The notes beneath the pieces were generated by a model. It was not told the DNA's origin. It ran no database searches and saw only the letters and a list, made by a program, of their open reading frames with translations. DNA of 48,327 bases, from the NCBI GenBank assembly GCA_049424145.1, contig JBMSSC010000005.1, positions 1-48,327 of the forward strand, in the 5' to 3' direction. The DNA comes from Bdellovibrionia bacterium (GTDB lineage: Bacteria; Bdellovibrionota; UBA1018). The position numbers and the translations under genes were made by a program. Numbering within the stretch: the stretch's first letter is position 1; the number at the start of each line of letters is the position of its first letter. Below are positions 11,262 through 20,336 of the stretch, one piece after another.

Positions 11262-12188
11262 ATGCATCAATCTCAACCCCCGATCCCACAACACGCTCAG
11301 ACTCAGCCCAAGCGTTCCTTTTCCTCCTTCTTCGGCATCGATCAAACCGGTGCGGTTCATTCGAACGGACGGCCCCATCCTCTCAAAGCAGTCTTTTGGT
11401 GGAAGGAGGCCCAGTTTGAACGCCTCGTTCCGATCCAGCTGGAGAGCCTCACTCGAGCCTGCCTGGAGAAATGGATCCACACCCTAGGCCACCCGCTCCC
11501 CCTCTCCCAAGTGGGCATCCTTTTAGATAGCGTGCTTGGCCTTCCTGAAGCCTGCTCCCCCCATGGATTAACGTTTGAGGAACTCATCCATCCAGCCAAG
11601 AACTACCACTATGAAAACAAGGCTTACGGGCAACTGACCTCGTTTCATTTTTTTGAGCGCTTTTGGAGTCCAAAGCCCGGAGCTCACCCAACCCCCCATT
11701 ACCCCAAAAGACGGTGCGAAGTACTCGCCCGGGCCAACAGTGTTTTTCAGCGCCACCCGTTTCAGAAAAACATTGGGTGTGGCACCTACCGCAGCTGGAA
11801 GGATCTGGCTCAAGACTCAAGCTGGTTTCAGACGATCCTGGATCAACCCGAAAAGCTGAGCAAAGACGCGCTAGAGAGTCAACCAAAGGCTTGGATTTTT
11901 GAGATCTACCCTTCGCTGTTTTGGCAGGAGCTGGGGTTTTCCAAGCGCTCCCCCAAAGAGATCAGCTCCGCCTTCAGCCTGAGAAAAAACTTGATCATCG
12001 CCCCATCCGATCTCCCGCTTTTAGAAGAACCCAACACTGCCGATGCCGCCATTTCAGTCCTGGGCGCTCTGCTTCTTCAAGAGCAAAATCGATTTTGGAA
12101 CTTTCCTCAGGACCCCTGGATCCGGACTGAGGGATGGATCCTCGGCCTAAGACCTCCTGCCTCAAGGGTCCATCCGCTCAAAGCCTAA
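11262..12188 (+). CDS. DUF429-like protein (predicted RNase H-like nuclease fold)
   Basis: FFGIDQTGA, LLDSVLGLP, FEIYPSL, DAAIS and terminal EGWILG match the DUF429-type pattern. Start uncertain; the frame is open from 11109. Confidence 0.65.
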   Translation: MHQSQPPIPQHAQTQPKRSFSSFFGIDQTGAVHSNGRPHPLKAVFWWKEAQFERLVPIQLESLTRACLEKWIHTLGHPLPLSQVGILLDSVLGLPEACSPHGLTFEELIHPAKNYHYENKAYGQLTSFHFFERFWSPKPGAHPTPHYPKRRCEVLARANSVFQRHPFQKNIGCGTYRSWKDLAQDSSWFQTILDQPEKLSKDALESQPKAWIFEIYPSLFWQELGFSKRSPKEISSAFSLRKNLIIAPSDLPLLEEPNTADAAISVLGALLLQEQNRFWNFPQDPWIRTEGWILGLRPPASRVHPLKA

Positions 12189-12641
12189 GCCCAATGCCTG
12201 CTTCAACCGTGTTTGTGGAATCAGATAACAGTTCGTGGTTCCTCGAAGTGCACCACACACTTGGGTATGCATTTTTCCATCGGTTCCCTTTTTTTGACTG
12301 AGAATCGAGATCTGAGCCTTTTTTAAAGGCAATGCGCCTTGATCCAGAGAAAGCCCAGAGTCTGGCTCACAGCTCAATCCCTCATCTGAGCGCATGACCC
12401 AGATGGCCTCCTTCGAAGAAGCGGAGGACCCAAAAACCGAGCGAGTAGGCTGTCTCTGGCTAGAAGACCGAGAGAGAGCGGGAGTGGAGGAATCCTCTCT
12501 AACAGGAAGGTTGGACTCTGTGGCCTGAGCCCGGGCCGAGCCCAAAAAACTCAACTGAGCCTCTAGAAAATCAGGCAGCACAAAAGCAAATCCCACCATC
12601 CACACAACCAGAAGCCCAAATAGGCGATCAACAGAACTCAT
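12162..12641 (-). CDS. Exported conserved hypothetical protein
   Basis: N-terminal signal/TM, Ser-rich linker, then a Cys-containing domain (SCEPDSGLSL..GTDGKMHTQVCG..ALGLGF). GGAGGAG SD upstream. Confidence 0.75.
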   Translation of the reverse strand: MSSVDRLFGLLVVWMVGFAFVLPDFLEAQLSFLGSARAQATESNLPVREDSSTPALSRSSSQRQPTRSVFGSSASSKEAIWVMRSDEGLSCEPDSGLSLDQGALPLKKAQISILSQKKGTDGKMHTQVCGALRGTTNCYLIPQTRLKQALGLGFERMDP

Positions 12642-12790
12642 GACTCCTCCCTCTCACTAAGCAAACCATTGGCAAAACATTGAACTCCAAAACCAGGACC
12701 AAAAGACACCGGCCCAAGATCCCTCTTTGAGAATAAAAAAACGACCCTGCGAATGCGATCTCTTTTTTACGTAAAAACCTACTTCTCTGA

Positions 12791-12845
12791 GGACTCTGAT
12801 AGGACTCTGATAGGACTCTGATAGAACTCTGATAGAACTCAGAGA
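12791..12845. repeat. 11-bp tandem repeat, about 5 copies
   Basis: GGACTCTGATA x3 (12791, 12802, 12813), GAACTCTGATA (12824) and GAACTCAGAGA (12835); intergenic. Confidence 0.95.
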
Positions 12846-12901
12846 CTCTTCCCTAGCTGCACTCATCTACTTTAACCCCACCTCACTCGTCTCACCGATC
12901 A

Positions 12902-13423
12902 TCACGACTCCTTGTCCCCCGGTGAAACAAGAACTAATCCAAACCGAGGATCATAACGCCCCTCTGAGAACTGCTTGCAGCAGAGTTCGCACGCCAACGG
13001 CCCCAACCGGGTTTTTGACTCAAACTTTTTTTTACAGTGCGGGCAGGAGTACTGATACCTAAGACGGCTTTTAAGCGAGTGGTAACGACTCACCCCCATG
13101 AGCTTCATTTTTGCTAAAAAATCAGGAGTATGACCATAGGGCTGATGCCTCACCCAAAGCCAGTAGTGAATCATTTCATGAGCCACTGCATCTTGAACTC
13201 GCTCCAAGGCATCGGGGTAATTCAGTAAAAAAGAGGCCACTTCGATTTGAGCAGGAAAAGACTCTAGCATCTTTCTTTTGCCCGGGATAAAACGTCCTGC
13301 GGTTGAACTAAGTCGCGCATTCCAAAGCAACTGCGGAGGGTCCAAAAACCCATCAAAATGCGCATCATTGATTTCGTTAAAAATCTGAACTAAGTCGGGA
13401 TAAGAACCGCAAACCGGGAGCAT
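12902..13423 (-). CDS. SprT-like zinc metalloprotease
   Basis: FNEINDAHFDG, WNARLSSTAG, HEMIH, HTPDF and a C-terminal CPHC..CELC zinc ribbon. Start moved to ATG 13423 to avoid overlap with mutS2. Confidence 0.88.
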   Translation of the reverse strand: MLPVCGSYPDLVQIFNEINDAHFDGFLDPPQLLWNARLSSTAGRFIPGKRKMLESFPAQIEVASFLLNYPDALERVQDAVAHEMIHYWLWVRHQPYGHTPDFLAKMKLMGVSRYHSLKSRLRYQYSCPHCKKKFESKTRLGPLACELCCKQFSEGRYDPRFGLVLVSPGDKES

Positions 13424-13432
13424 GAGGCAACC

Positions 13433-15880
13433 ATGAAGGAAACTCAAGCCGCTGTCAATTTGACTGATCGCCAACTACAAGAAAATCACACGCTTCGTGC
13501 CCTCGAATGGGATCGATTCATGGACTGGGCAGAGGAGTTTGCGTACTCAGCGCCTGCTAAGAGCCGAATTCAAAGCCTAAGAAAGCCTGAGGACTGGGCC
13601 CAATCCCTTGCAGCCGCACAGGGCCTTCAACAAGAAACTCTCGAAGTCTCCTGGATCCTAGAAAAAGATGCGTTATGGGGACCTCTTGATGGTTTAACGG
13701 ACCTAAGCCCAATCCTAGAGCGCTTGGAAAAAGGAGCCGTATTAGAGCTCACCGAACTCATGGTCTTAAAAGCCTGGCTTTCGGCCATCGACGCATGGAC
13801 TCAAATTCCCCTGGAGGAAATCAAAGGAGAGCGCCTAAAGAAAAGCCTCCGCTGCCTTCCTCACCTCAAAGAACCCCTCGGAATTTTGGAGAAAATCCTC
13901 ACTTCCTCCGGTGAACTCTCGGAACAGGCTACGCCCCGCTTGTCGGGACTTTTTTCTGAGCTCAGAGGACTCAAACGAGAAATCAGTCACACTCTGGAGC
14001 ACCTTTTAAAAAGCTACGGACAAAAGGGGGTTTTACAAGAAAATTTCTTCGATGTCCGCGATGGGCGCTACGTGCTTCCCGTGAAAGTCTCCGCACAAAA
14101 TGAAATGGAAGGCATTCTCTATGATAGCTCCGCAAGCGGACAAACCGTGTTCATTGAGCCCAGGGAAATTGAAAAACTCAATCACCAGCTCCGACTCAAG
14201 CAAAATCAGCTTCAACAGGAAATCTATAGCGTCTTAGAGCAAACCTCTCAGAAACTCCAACCTCACACCACGGAGATTCACCCGGGATTCCTCACCCTCA
14301 CCTTCTGGGACAGCACTCAGGCCAAAGCCCGCTTTGGCCGAAAGTACTCCGGTAAAACCATCCGCATCAGCGAGGAACGACGCTTTGCTCTGAAACAAAC
14401 CGCGCATCCCCTCTTATGGGCTTCCCTCCCCGGAGAGCAGATCATTCGAAATGACCTTGAGTTTGGTGCTCCGTTTCAAACCCTACTTCTCACTGGCCCC
14501 AACACGGGTGGAAAAACCGTTTTACTCAAAACCCTAGGACTGGCAGGCTTGTGCGCACGAAGTGGGTTTCCCTTTCCGGCCTCAGAAACCCCCGTGGTCC
14601 CATTTTTTGACTCCTTTTTTGCTGATCTGGGAGACCCTCAGTCCATCGAACGGCATCTTTCCAGTTTCTCAGGCCATGTTCTGTTATTTAAAAGCATTTT
14701 AGAGCAGATCACACCCCAGAGCCTCATTCTGATGGATGAACTCAACTCAGCCACTGACCCTGAAGAAGGAGCCGCATTTGGACGTGCTGTTTTAGAGACC
14801 CTGATGGCCCAACAGGTCATGACCGTCACCACCACGCATGACCCCAAGTTAAAGGCTCTGGCTGTGACGGATCCAAGAATTCTCAATGCCAGCATGGCGT
14901 TTGATGAGAGCTCCAGAAGCCCCACGTTTAAGATGCTCTTAGGTGTGCCTGGAAGGTCTCGAGCCTTAGAGACCGCAGAACGACTGGGCATCCCTCAAAG
15001 CGTGATCCAGCTAGCGCGCTCCTACCTCTCGCAAGAACATCGAGACTTAGAAGACCAGCTCTCGCGACTGGAGGCCGACTCCCTGGAGGCAGCACGCGCT
15101 AAAAAAGAAGCCCTCCAACTGCAAAAGGAAGCCGAACAGCTCAAGCAGCAGTGGATTGAAAAAACCACTCACTCGTTTGAGGAATTGGTGCATCGCTCGC
15201 GCCAAAAGCTCCGAAAAATCCTGGAGCACGCTCAGGACGAAGTGCGAGCCAGCGTAAGAAGGCTCGATGAAGCCAAAAGCCGAAAAGATGTGGATCTCGC
15301 CCGTTCGAGCTTAAACCAAATCCTGGAACAATCAACTCATGAAATGACGTCGTTGATTCAAGAGGAAGCACCCGAAGTCCAGAACCGAGGGTACTCCAAA
15401 AAAGATCAACCCCAGGAGCCGTCTGAAGGCACCACGCTTCAGGTGGGCTCCAAAGTGCGAATCCTCAAGTGGAAAAGCACAGGTGAGGTAACAGCCCTCT
15501 TAGGCGAACAGGTTCAAGTGAATGTGGGCACGCTCCGAGTGACGCTTCAGCGAAAAGAAGTCGAGCTCCTCGCTGAACCCACCAAAAAAGCACCGCCCGT
15601 CCACGCGGCGTTCTCCTTAAATCAGACCGCTCTACAGTCCAAAATCGACTTAAGAGGCCTCAGATTTGAGGAGGCCATGAGAATTCTTCAGCAGAGTCTG
15701 GATCAAGCTTACTTTAGTGGAGCCGTTGAAGTGCAGATCATTCACGGCTTAGGCACTGGAGCTCTGCGAGAGGGAAGTCTTCGTCTCTTAAGAAAGCTTC
15801 CTTACATCAAAGAGTTTCGAGATGCAGGAACGAGTCTAGGTGGGGCGGGTGCCACGATTGTTGAGTTTGAGCGCCATTAA
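13433..15880 (+). CDS. mutS2: MutS2 (ATPase, coiled coil, KOW and Smr domains)
   Basis: RDGRYVLPVK, DSSASGQTVFIEP, TGPNTGGKT, LSSFSGH, DELNSATDPEEG, TTH; Smr motifs IDLRG and IIHGLGTGALR. Confidence 0.96.
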   Translation: MKETQAAVNLTDRQLQENHTLRALEWDRFMDWAEEFAYSAPAKSRIQSLRKPEDWAQSLAAAQGLQQETLEVSWILEKDALWGPLDGLTDLSPILERLEKGAVLELTELMVLKAWLSAIDAWTQIPLEEIKGERLKKSLRCLPHLKEPLGILEKILTSSGELSEQATPRLSGLFSELRGLKREISHTLEHLLKSYGQKGVLQENFFDVRDGRYVLPVKVSAQNEMEGILYDSSASGQTVFIEPREIEKLNHQLRLKQNQLQQEIYSVLEQTSQKLQPHTTEIHPGFLTLTFWDSTQAKARFGRKYSGKTIRISEERRFALKQTAHPLLWASLPGEQIIRNDLEFGAPFQTLLLTGPNTGGKTVLLKTLGLAGLCARSGFPFPASETPVVPFFDSFFADLGDPQSIERHLSSFSGHVLLFKSILEQITPQSLILMDELNSATDPEEGAAFGRAVLETLMAQQVMTVTTTHDPKLKALAVTDPRILNASMAFDESSRSPTFKMLLGVPGRSRALETAERLGIPQSVIQLARSYLSQEHRDLEDQLSRLEADSLEAARAKKEALQLQKEAEQLKQQWIEKTTHSFEELVHRSRQKLRKILEHAQDEVRASVRRLDEAKSRKDVDLARSSLNQILEQSTHEMTSLIQEEAPEVQNRGYSKKDQPQEPSEGTTLQVGSKVRILKWKSTGEVTALLGEQVQVNVGTLRVTLQRKEVELLAEPTKKAPPVHAAFSLNQTALQSKIDLRGLRFEEAMRILQQSLDQAYFSGAVEVQIIHGLGTGALREGSLRLLRKLPYIKEFRDAGTSLGGAGATIVEFERH

Positions 15881-15941
15881 GCGAGAACTCTGCGGCCACC
15901 CCAAAAAAGACCTCCCGCCTTGAGACTTGGAATGACTTTTC

Positions 15942-16631
15942 TTAAAATCGAAACAGAATAAAAAGCATCCAAAGAGCAAAACCTGAAACCACAGGAATCG
16001 TGAAATTATCATCAATATCAAAAGGGATCATTTCGGTTAATCCACCAACGAGACCGCCAAGGAGAGAGACGATCAACCATGAACCCACTGAATGAGTCAC
16101 GCCAAGAGAGCTTAAATAGATCAAGGAAATCCCCGTGCAACACAACACTCCGGCTAAACTTCCGATTAAGGACTTTCCATTTTTAAAACGCGGACCCAAA
16201 TGACCATAGAGAATTCCAAACAGAGAGGCGATTGGATCCCCACAAGCAAGATATAAAATACTTAAAACCGCAACGGGCTTCGGAAAAATTCCAATCGCCA
16301 AAATCACGGCTGCCAAATAATGAGGAATCGTGCTCATTTGTCGAAGCTCATGAGAACGCATCACGGCCGACCAGTAACGAAGAATCTTCTCATTGATGGC
16401 AGGATTGCGGATTCTTGCGTTCTCCACCACGAGGTCCAAAACCAGTGAAGTACTTAAGATGATCAGCGCCGTACTTTGTGGAACACCCAGGAGGTACAAA
16501 TAAACAATGAAAAGCCCCATTCCCATGTGCCAGACTTTGCGCATCAAATGTAAATCGGATCGAAAGGGGAGCCGAATCGAATTTGCGTCAAAAAGCTGAT
16601 CCATCTTTACTTCTGCAGTTCTTTTCATCAT
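15942..16631 (-). CDS. CTP-dependent polyprenol/diacylglycerol kinase family (dolichol/phytol kinase-like) membrane protein
   Basis: RKVWH, GDPIASLFG, KSLIGS and DDNFTIP motifs; multiple TM helices. Confidence 0.88.
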   Translation of the reverse strand: MMKRTAEVKMDQLFDANSIRLPFRSDLHLMRKVWHMGMGLFIVYLYLLGVPQSTALIILSTSLVLDLVVENARIRNPAINEKILRYWSAVMRSHELRQMSTIPHYLAAVILAIGIFPKPVAVLSILYLACGDPIASLFGILYGHLGPRFKNGKSLIGSLAGVLCCTGISLIYLSSLGVTHSVGSWLIVSLLGGLVGGLTEMIPFDIDDNFTIPVVSGFALWMLFILFRF

Positions 16632-16723
16632 CTTCCTTAACTCCTATTGATTTTGATTTCCTGGATTAATACCCAGAAATCCTCATGAAAACAAAGAAAA
16701 ATAAACAGAACACCCTCACAATA

Positions 16724-16740
16724 AGCAACTGAAGTGCCAA
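16724..16740 (-). promoter_or_regulatory. Sigma54 (-24/-12) promoter of the polyprenol kinase gene
   Basis: Minus strand reads TTGGCACTTCAGTTGCT, a full match to TGGCAC-N5-TTGCW, about 92 bp upstream of the ATG. Confidence 0.75.
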
Positions 16741-16906
16741 AGTTGATTTAAAATCATTAAAATTGTAATATTTTTTGTTTATTTTTTGCTTTGTTATTTC
16801 AATACCTTATAAGCAAAAAATAGACCTCAGTCAAAAAAACTCTTTTCTCTCAAATCAGGTTCAATTTCAAGATGAGTAAAACAGTACGCAATTCAAGCAA
16901 AAAAGC

Positions 16907-16922
16907 GCGTAGTCAATTACGC
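16907..16922. promoter_or_regulatory. Dyad GCGTA-N6-TACGC, candidate activator (UAS) site
   Basis: Inverted repeat flanked by A and T runs, about 170 bp upstream of the sigma54 element. Confidence 0.35.
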
Positions 16923-17052
16923 ATTTTGAGATTTTAAAAGACTCTTAAAAGAGAGGCTCAAGGGAAAAAACCTTCCTCAAGACCCTAGAAAATCAACTGG
17001 GCTATTCAGAAATTCATAGCATCAACCGGCATCACTCGCTCCTTTTTCAGGT

Positions 17053-17092
17053 GTGATTTTTGAGAACTTTCTTTTTTCTTGACAAAAATCAC
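17053..17092. promoter_or_regulatory. Inverted repeat GTGATTTTTG-N20-CAAAAATCAC overlapping a TTGACA
   Basis: Perfect 10-bp arms; TTGACA at 17079-17084 faces the MinD-like gene. Confidence 0.4.
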
Positions 17093-17300
17093 CCTCAATT
17101 CAATCCTATTAAATAGAGATCAAAAAAGATCTCATTAGGAATGATACGAAAAAGACAATTGAAGACGAACCGCTGATCTCAGCCAGGATAGGCAAGGATC
17201 TCAGGAGAGCTAAAAGAAGAAGGCAGCCGGCCACCTCTGGGCCGACTCATCAACCCAAGGCCCCCTGAGTATTTTGAGAAGATCAAGAAAAGGACGATCC

Positions 17301-18380
17301 ATGGAAGGACCCGTCAAAATGAAAATGGGAGCAGTCCCAACACCCGCGCTCCAGAACGTCATGGAGCCTTTGTATCGTAAATCCTCTATCGAGAACTCAC
17401 CTCTCAGCGGCAGCTCTGAATTGTTGGAACCCACGTTTTTAGCCAAGCCTGCAAGGGTCAAACAGATTTGGGCCGTCGGAGGAGGTAAAGGCGGAGTAGG
17501 AAAAAGCCTTGTGGCCTCAAGCCTAGCCATCGCACTCTCTCGGATCGCAAAAAGGGTCGTGGCCATTGACTTGGACTTAGGCGGTGCCAATTTACATACC
17601 ACCTTAGGCGTCGACTTACCCAAGCAGACACTCAGCGATTACCTCACCAAACGCGTGATCGGGATTGAAAAGTGCATCGTCCCCACAGGAATTCCACGGC
17701 TCGAATTCATTAGCGGAGCCCACGATGCCGTAGGAATTGCAAACCTTCAATCGACTTTGAAGTATAAGTTTTTATCCGAAATTCGACAGATCGATGCTGA
17801 TTACGTGATCTTTGACCTAGGCGCAGGAACCAGTTTCAATACGCTTGATTTTTTTATCTTCAGCGACATTGGCTTAATCACGCTTCTTCCTGAGCCCACC
17901 TCCATTGAAAACGCCTATCGATTTATTAAAAGTGCCTACTTTCGATACCTTTCTCATTGCCCAGCTCTTCGAGAGATTCGTCCCATCATCTCGATGGCAA
18001 TGGACCCAAAAAATCCTAAAGGAATCAAATCTCCCGCAGACTTATTTAAAGAAGTAACTCTGAATCATCCGGATCTCATTCCACGACTCAAACGACAAAT
18101 CGAGCACTTCAGTCCAAACCTAGTGGTCAATCAAACTCGCACCCAAGCTGATGAAGACATCGGATCCTCAGTGAAAACCGTGTGCAAGAAGTATTTCGGC
18201 ATTAACATGGATTACATCGGGCACCTCGATTACGACAGTGCTGTTTGGCAATCCATTCGAAAAAAACGACCTCTCATGATCGAATTTCCAAACTCCACCA
18301 TCGTCTCCAGTATCGAGAGAATTGTAGAGGATCTCATTAAACGCCATGGAAACGAAAGAAACGGGATTCTACTCACGTGA
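17301..18380 (+). CDS. MinD/FlhG-like ParA-family ATPase
   Basis: Deviant Walker A GGGKGGVGKS, DLDLGGANLH, FDLGAGTS, PEPTSIENAYRFIK and LVVNQ. AGGA SD before ATG 17301. Confidence 0.9.
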   Translation: MEGPVKMKMGAVPTPALQNVMEPLYRKSSIENSPLSGSSELLEPTFLAKPARVKQIWAVGGGKGGVGKSLVASSLAIALSRIAKRVVAIDLDLGGANLHTTLGVDLPKQTLSDYLTKRVIGIEKCIVPTGIPRLEFISGAHDAVGIANLQSTLKYKFLSEIRQIDADYVIFDLGAGTSFNTLDFFIFSDIGLITLLPEPTSIENAYRFIKSAYFRYLSHCPALREIRPIISMAMDPKNPKGIKSPADLFKEVTLNHPDLIPRLKRQIEHFSPNLVVNQTRTQADEDIGSSVKTVCKKYFGINMDYIGHLDYDSAVWQSIRKKRPLMIEFPNSTIVSSIERIVEDLIKRHGNERNGILLT

Positions 18381-19270
18381 GCTTTGAAGATACGCCCACT
18401 CATTACGATGTTCTGGATATCACCCCGGATGCCTCCTCTCAGGAAATCCGCGAGGCGTACGTTCGAATTAAATCCATGTACACGCGAGACAGTCTCGTTC
18501 TTTACTCGCTGGTCAGCCCTGAGGAGCGCGAGGAGACGTTAAGAAAAATTGAAACCGCCTACTTAACCCTCTCCGACTGGGAGAAGCGCAAAGAATACGA
18601 CCTGAACCTAGGGATCATTGGAGTTTTAGAGACCCCATTTTCTTCTCCAAATACTCCCCCTCAAATCAACAATATCGTCTCCATTGATCGAAGCGCGCCC
18701 ATGGACTTAGAGCAAGAACCCTCGTTAGAGGCCGAGACAACCGACTTCCAAGACGAACCTCCAAAGACTGCTCGAGAACCCAACCTCAATTCACTGGCTG
18801 AGCGCCCCAAGACTGAAAAACTCAATACCCCAATTCATCCGTTTACATCCCATTTGAAGAGCTCTAGCGAGAATTACACCAATAACTTCACTTATCATCT
18901 CACCCAAAGAGCTCAGGAGAAAGAAAAGAGCCGCTCGTCAAACCCTGACTTTTCTAATCGCTCCTCACTTCCTCAGCTCAGCCCCGAGCTCATGCAAGAA
19001 ATCGAGATGGAATCCGAATGGAAAGGCTCTTTTCTGAAAAAAATCCGGGAAGCCTATCAGATTTCAATTGAAGAGCTGTCGAACTCAACCAAGATCACTA
19101 AGAATTACATTCTTGCAATTGAAGGGGATCAGTACTCAAAACTTCCTGCAACAGTGTATGTCCGCGGTTTTGTCACTCAGATTGCAAAAACCCTCAAGCT
19201 CTTTCCTGATCGCGTGGTCCCCCCCTACATGGCTCGCTTGAAATCTGAGATTGAAAAATTAAAGAATTAA
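18377..19270 (+). CDS. J-domain-like plus RodZ-type HTH protein
   Basis: N-terminus HYDVLDITPDASSQEIREAY..AYLTLSDWEKRKEYD is J-like with no HPD. C-terminus GSFLKKIRE..YILAIE..LPATVYVRGFV is HTH_25/RodZ-like. GTGA overlap with the upstream gene. Confidence 0.85.
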   Translation: MSFEDTPTHYDVLDITPDASSQEIREAYVRIKSMYTRDSLVLYSLVSPEEREETLRKIETAYLTLSDWEKRKEYDLNLGIIGVLETPFSSPNTPPQINNIVSIDRSAPMDLEQEPSLEAETTDFQDEPPKTAREPNLNSLAERPKTEKLNTPIHPFTSHLKSSSENYTNNFTYHLTQRAQEKEKSRSSNPDFSNRSSLPQLSPELMQEIEMESEWKGSFLKKIREAYQISIEELSNSTKITKNYILAIEGDQYSKLPATVYVRGFVTQIAKTLKLFPDRVVPPYMARLKSEIEKLKN

Positions 19271-19289
19271 ATCTATTTTCTCCCCCTTG

Positions 19290-20336
19290 ATGAAGCCTCC
19301 AAAGCAACCAAAATCCATTACTTGGGCCTGGATCTGCCCTACGGGAGCCCCTCGCGCCGACCGAGCCATCCTCGAGGCCTACCTAAGTGACCAGGGAACC
19401 TGTGATGCAGAACAAAGACCCAGCCTCACCCGAAGCCAGCTTCAGCGACTCATGGAGGACCATCAGGTCACAGCCAACGGAGAAGACCTCCGCCCAAATC
19501 GGAAACTCACCTCAGGCAGCCGCATTGAGATCCACTTTCCCCCTGCCGCCCCCACCGAACTCATCCCTGAGGATCGCCCCTTAGACCTCCTCTTTGAAGA
19601 TGAGCACTTACTGGTGCTCAATAAACCCCCCGGACTCACCGTTCATCCGTGCGCCTCTCAAATGCAAGGAACCCTCGTGCACGCCCTCCTTCATCACATT
19701 GTTGATTTAAGCGGGATCGGGGGTGTCTTACGCCCCGGAATCGTGCATCGCATTGATAAAGACACCAGCGGTGCTTTAGTCATTACAAAAAGCGATGAGG
19801 CCCACGTGCAGCTGTCTCAGAGCTTCGCTCAGCACGCCATTGAGCGATCCTACTGGGCACTCTGCTATGGATCCCCCCCGTTCTCCTCTGATGCCCCTGC
19901 ATTTGAAGTCTCAAGCCTGATCAATCGCAGCCCAACGGACCGAAAAAAAATGTCCATGAACGTTCCCACCGGAAAAAAAGCCGTCAGCTCCTTCAAAAAA
20001 ATTAAAGAGTTTGGGCAACCCAAAAAAAAACCCTTTGCAAGCTGGATTGAAGCCCGGCTAAAAACAGGAAGAACTCACCAAGTCCGCGTTCACTTAACTG
20101 GCCTCGGGCATTCTCTGTTAGGTGATCCCCTCTATGGTAAACCCACCTCCCATCACCCCAAGTGGAAAGAATTACCCGAACCCATCCAAAAGCTCGTTCT
20201 TGCGCTACCCGGGCAAGCGCTTCATGCGCGAGTCTTAGGATTTCAACACCCCATCACTCACCAACCCCTGCGTTTTGAAGCCGACCCCCCCCAGGCGTTT
20301 AAGAATCTTTTGACCGCCCTGGAGCAGTACGGCTGA
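19290..20336 (+). CDS. rluD: RluA-family 23S rRNA pseudouridine synthase
   Basis: S4-like N-terminus, NKPPGLTVHP, GIVHRIDKDTSG, TGRTHQVRVH and QALHA. Confidence 0.93.
   Translation: MKPPKQPKSITWAWICPTGAPRADRAILEAYLSDQGTCDAEQRPSLTRSQLQRLMEDHQVTANGEDLRPNRKLTSGSRIEIHFPPAAPTELIPEDRPLDLLFEDEHLLVLNKPPGLTVHPCASQMQGTLVHALLHHIVDLSGIGGVLRPGIVHRIDKDTSGALVITKSDEAHVQLSQSFAQHAIERSYWALCYGSPPFSSDAPAFEVSSLINRSPTDRKKMSMNVPTGKKAVSSFKKIKEFGQPKKKPFASWIEARLKTGRTHQVRVHLTGLGHSLLGDPLYGKPTSHHPKWKELPEPIQKLVLALPGQALHARVLGFQHPITHQPLRFEADPPQAFKNLLTALEQYG

Noticed and set aside
12791..12845. Tandem repeat as a CRISPR array
   Set aside because: The units are 11 bp and contiguous, with no spacers and no cas genes.
16632..17300. 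AT-rich intergenic region as oriC
   Set aside because: I found no TTATCCACA-type DnaA boxes, and there is no dnaA/gidA/parB context. Divergent promoters explain it.
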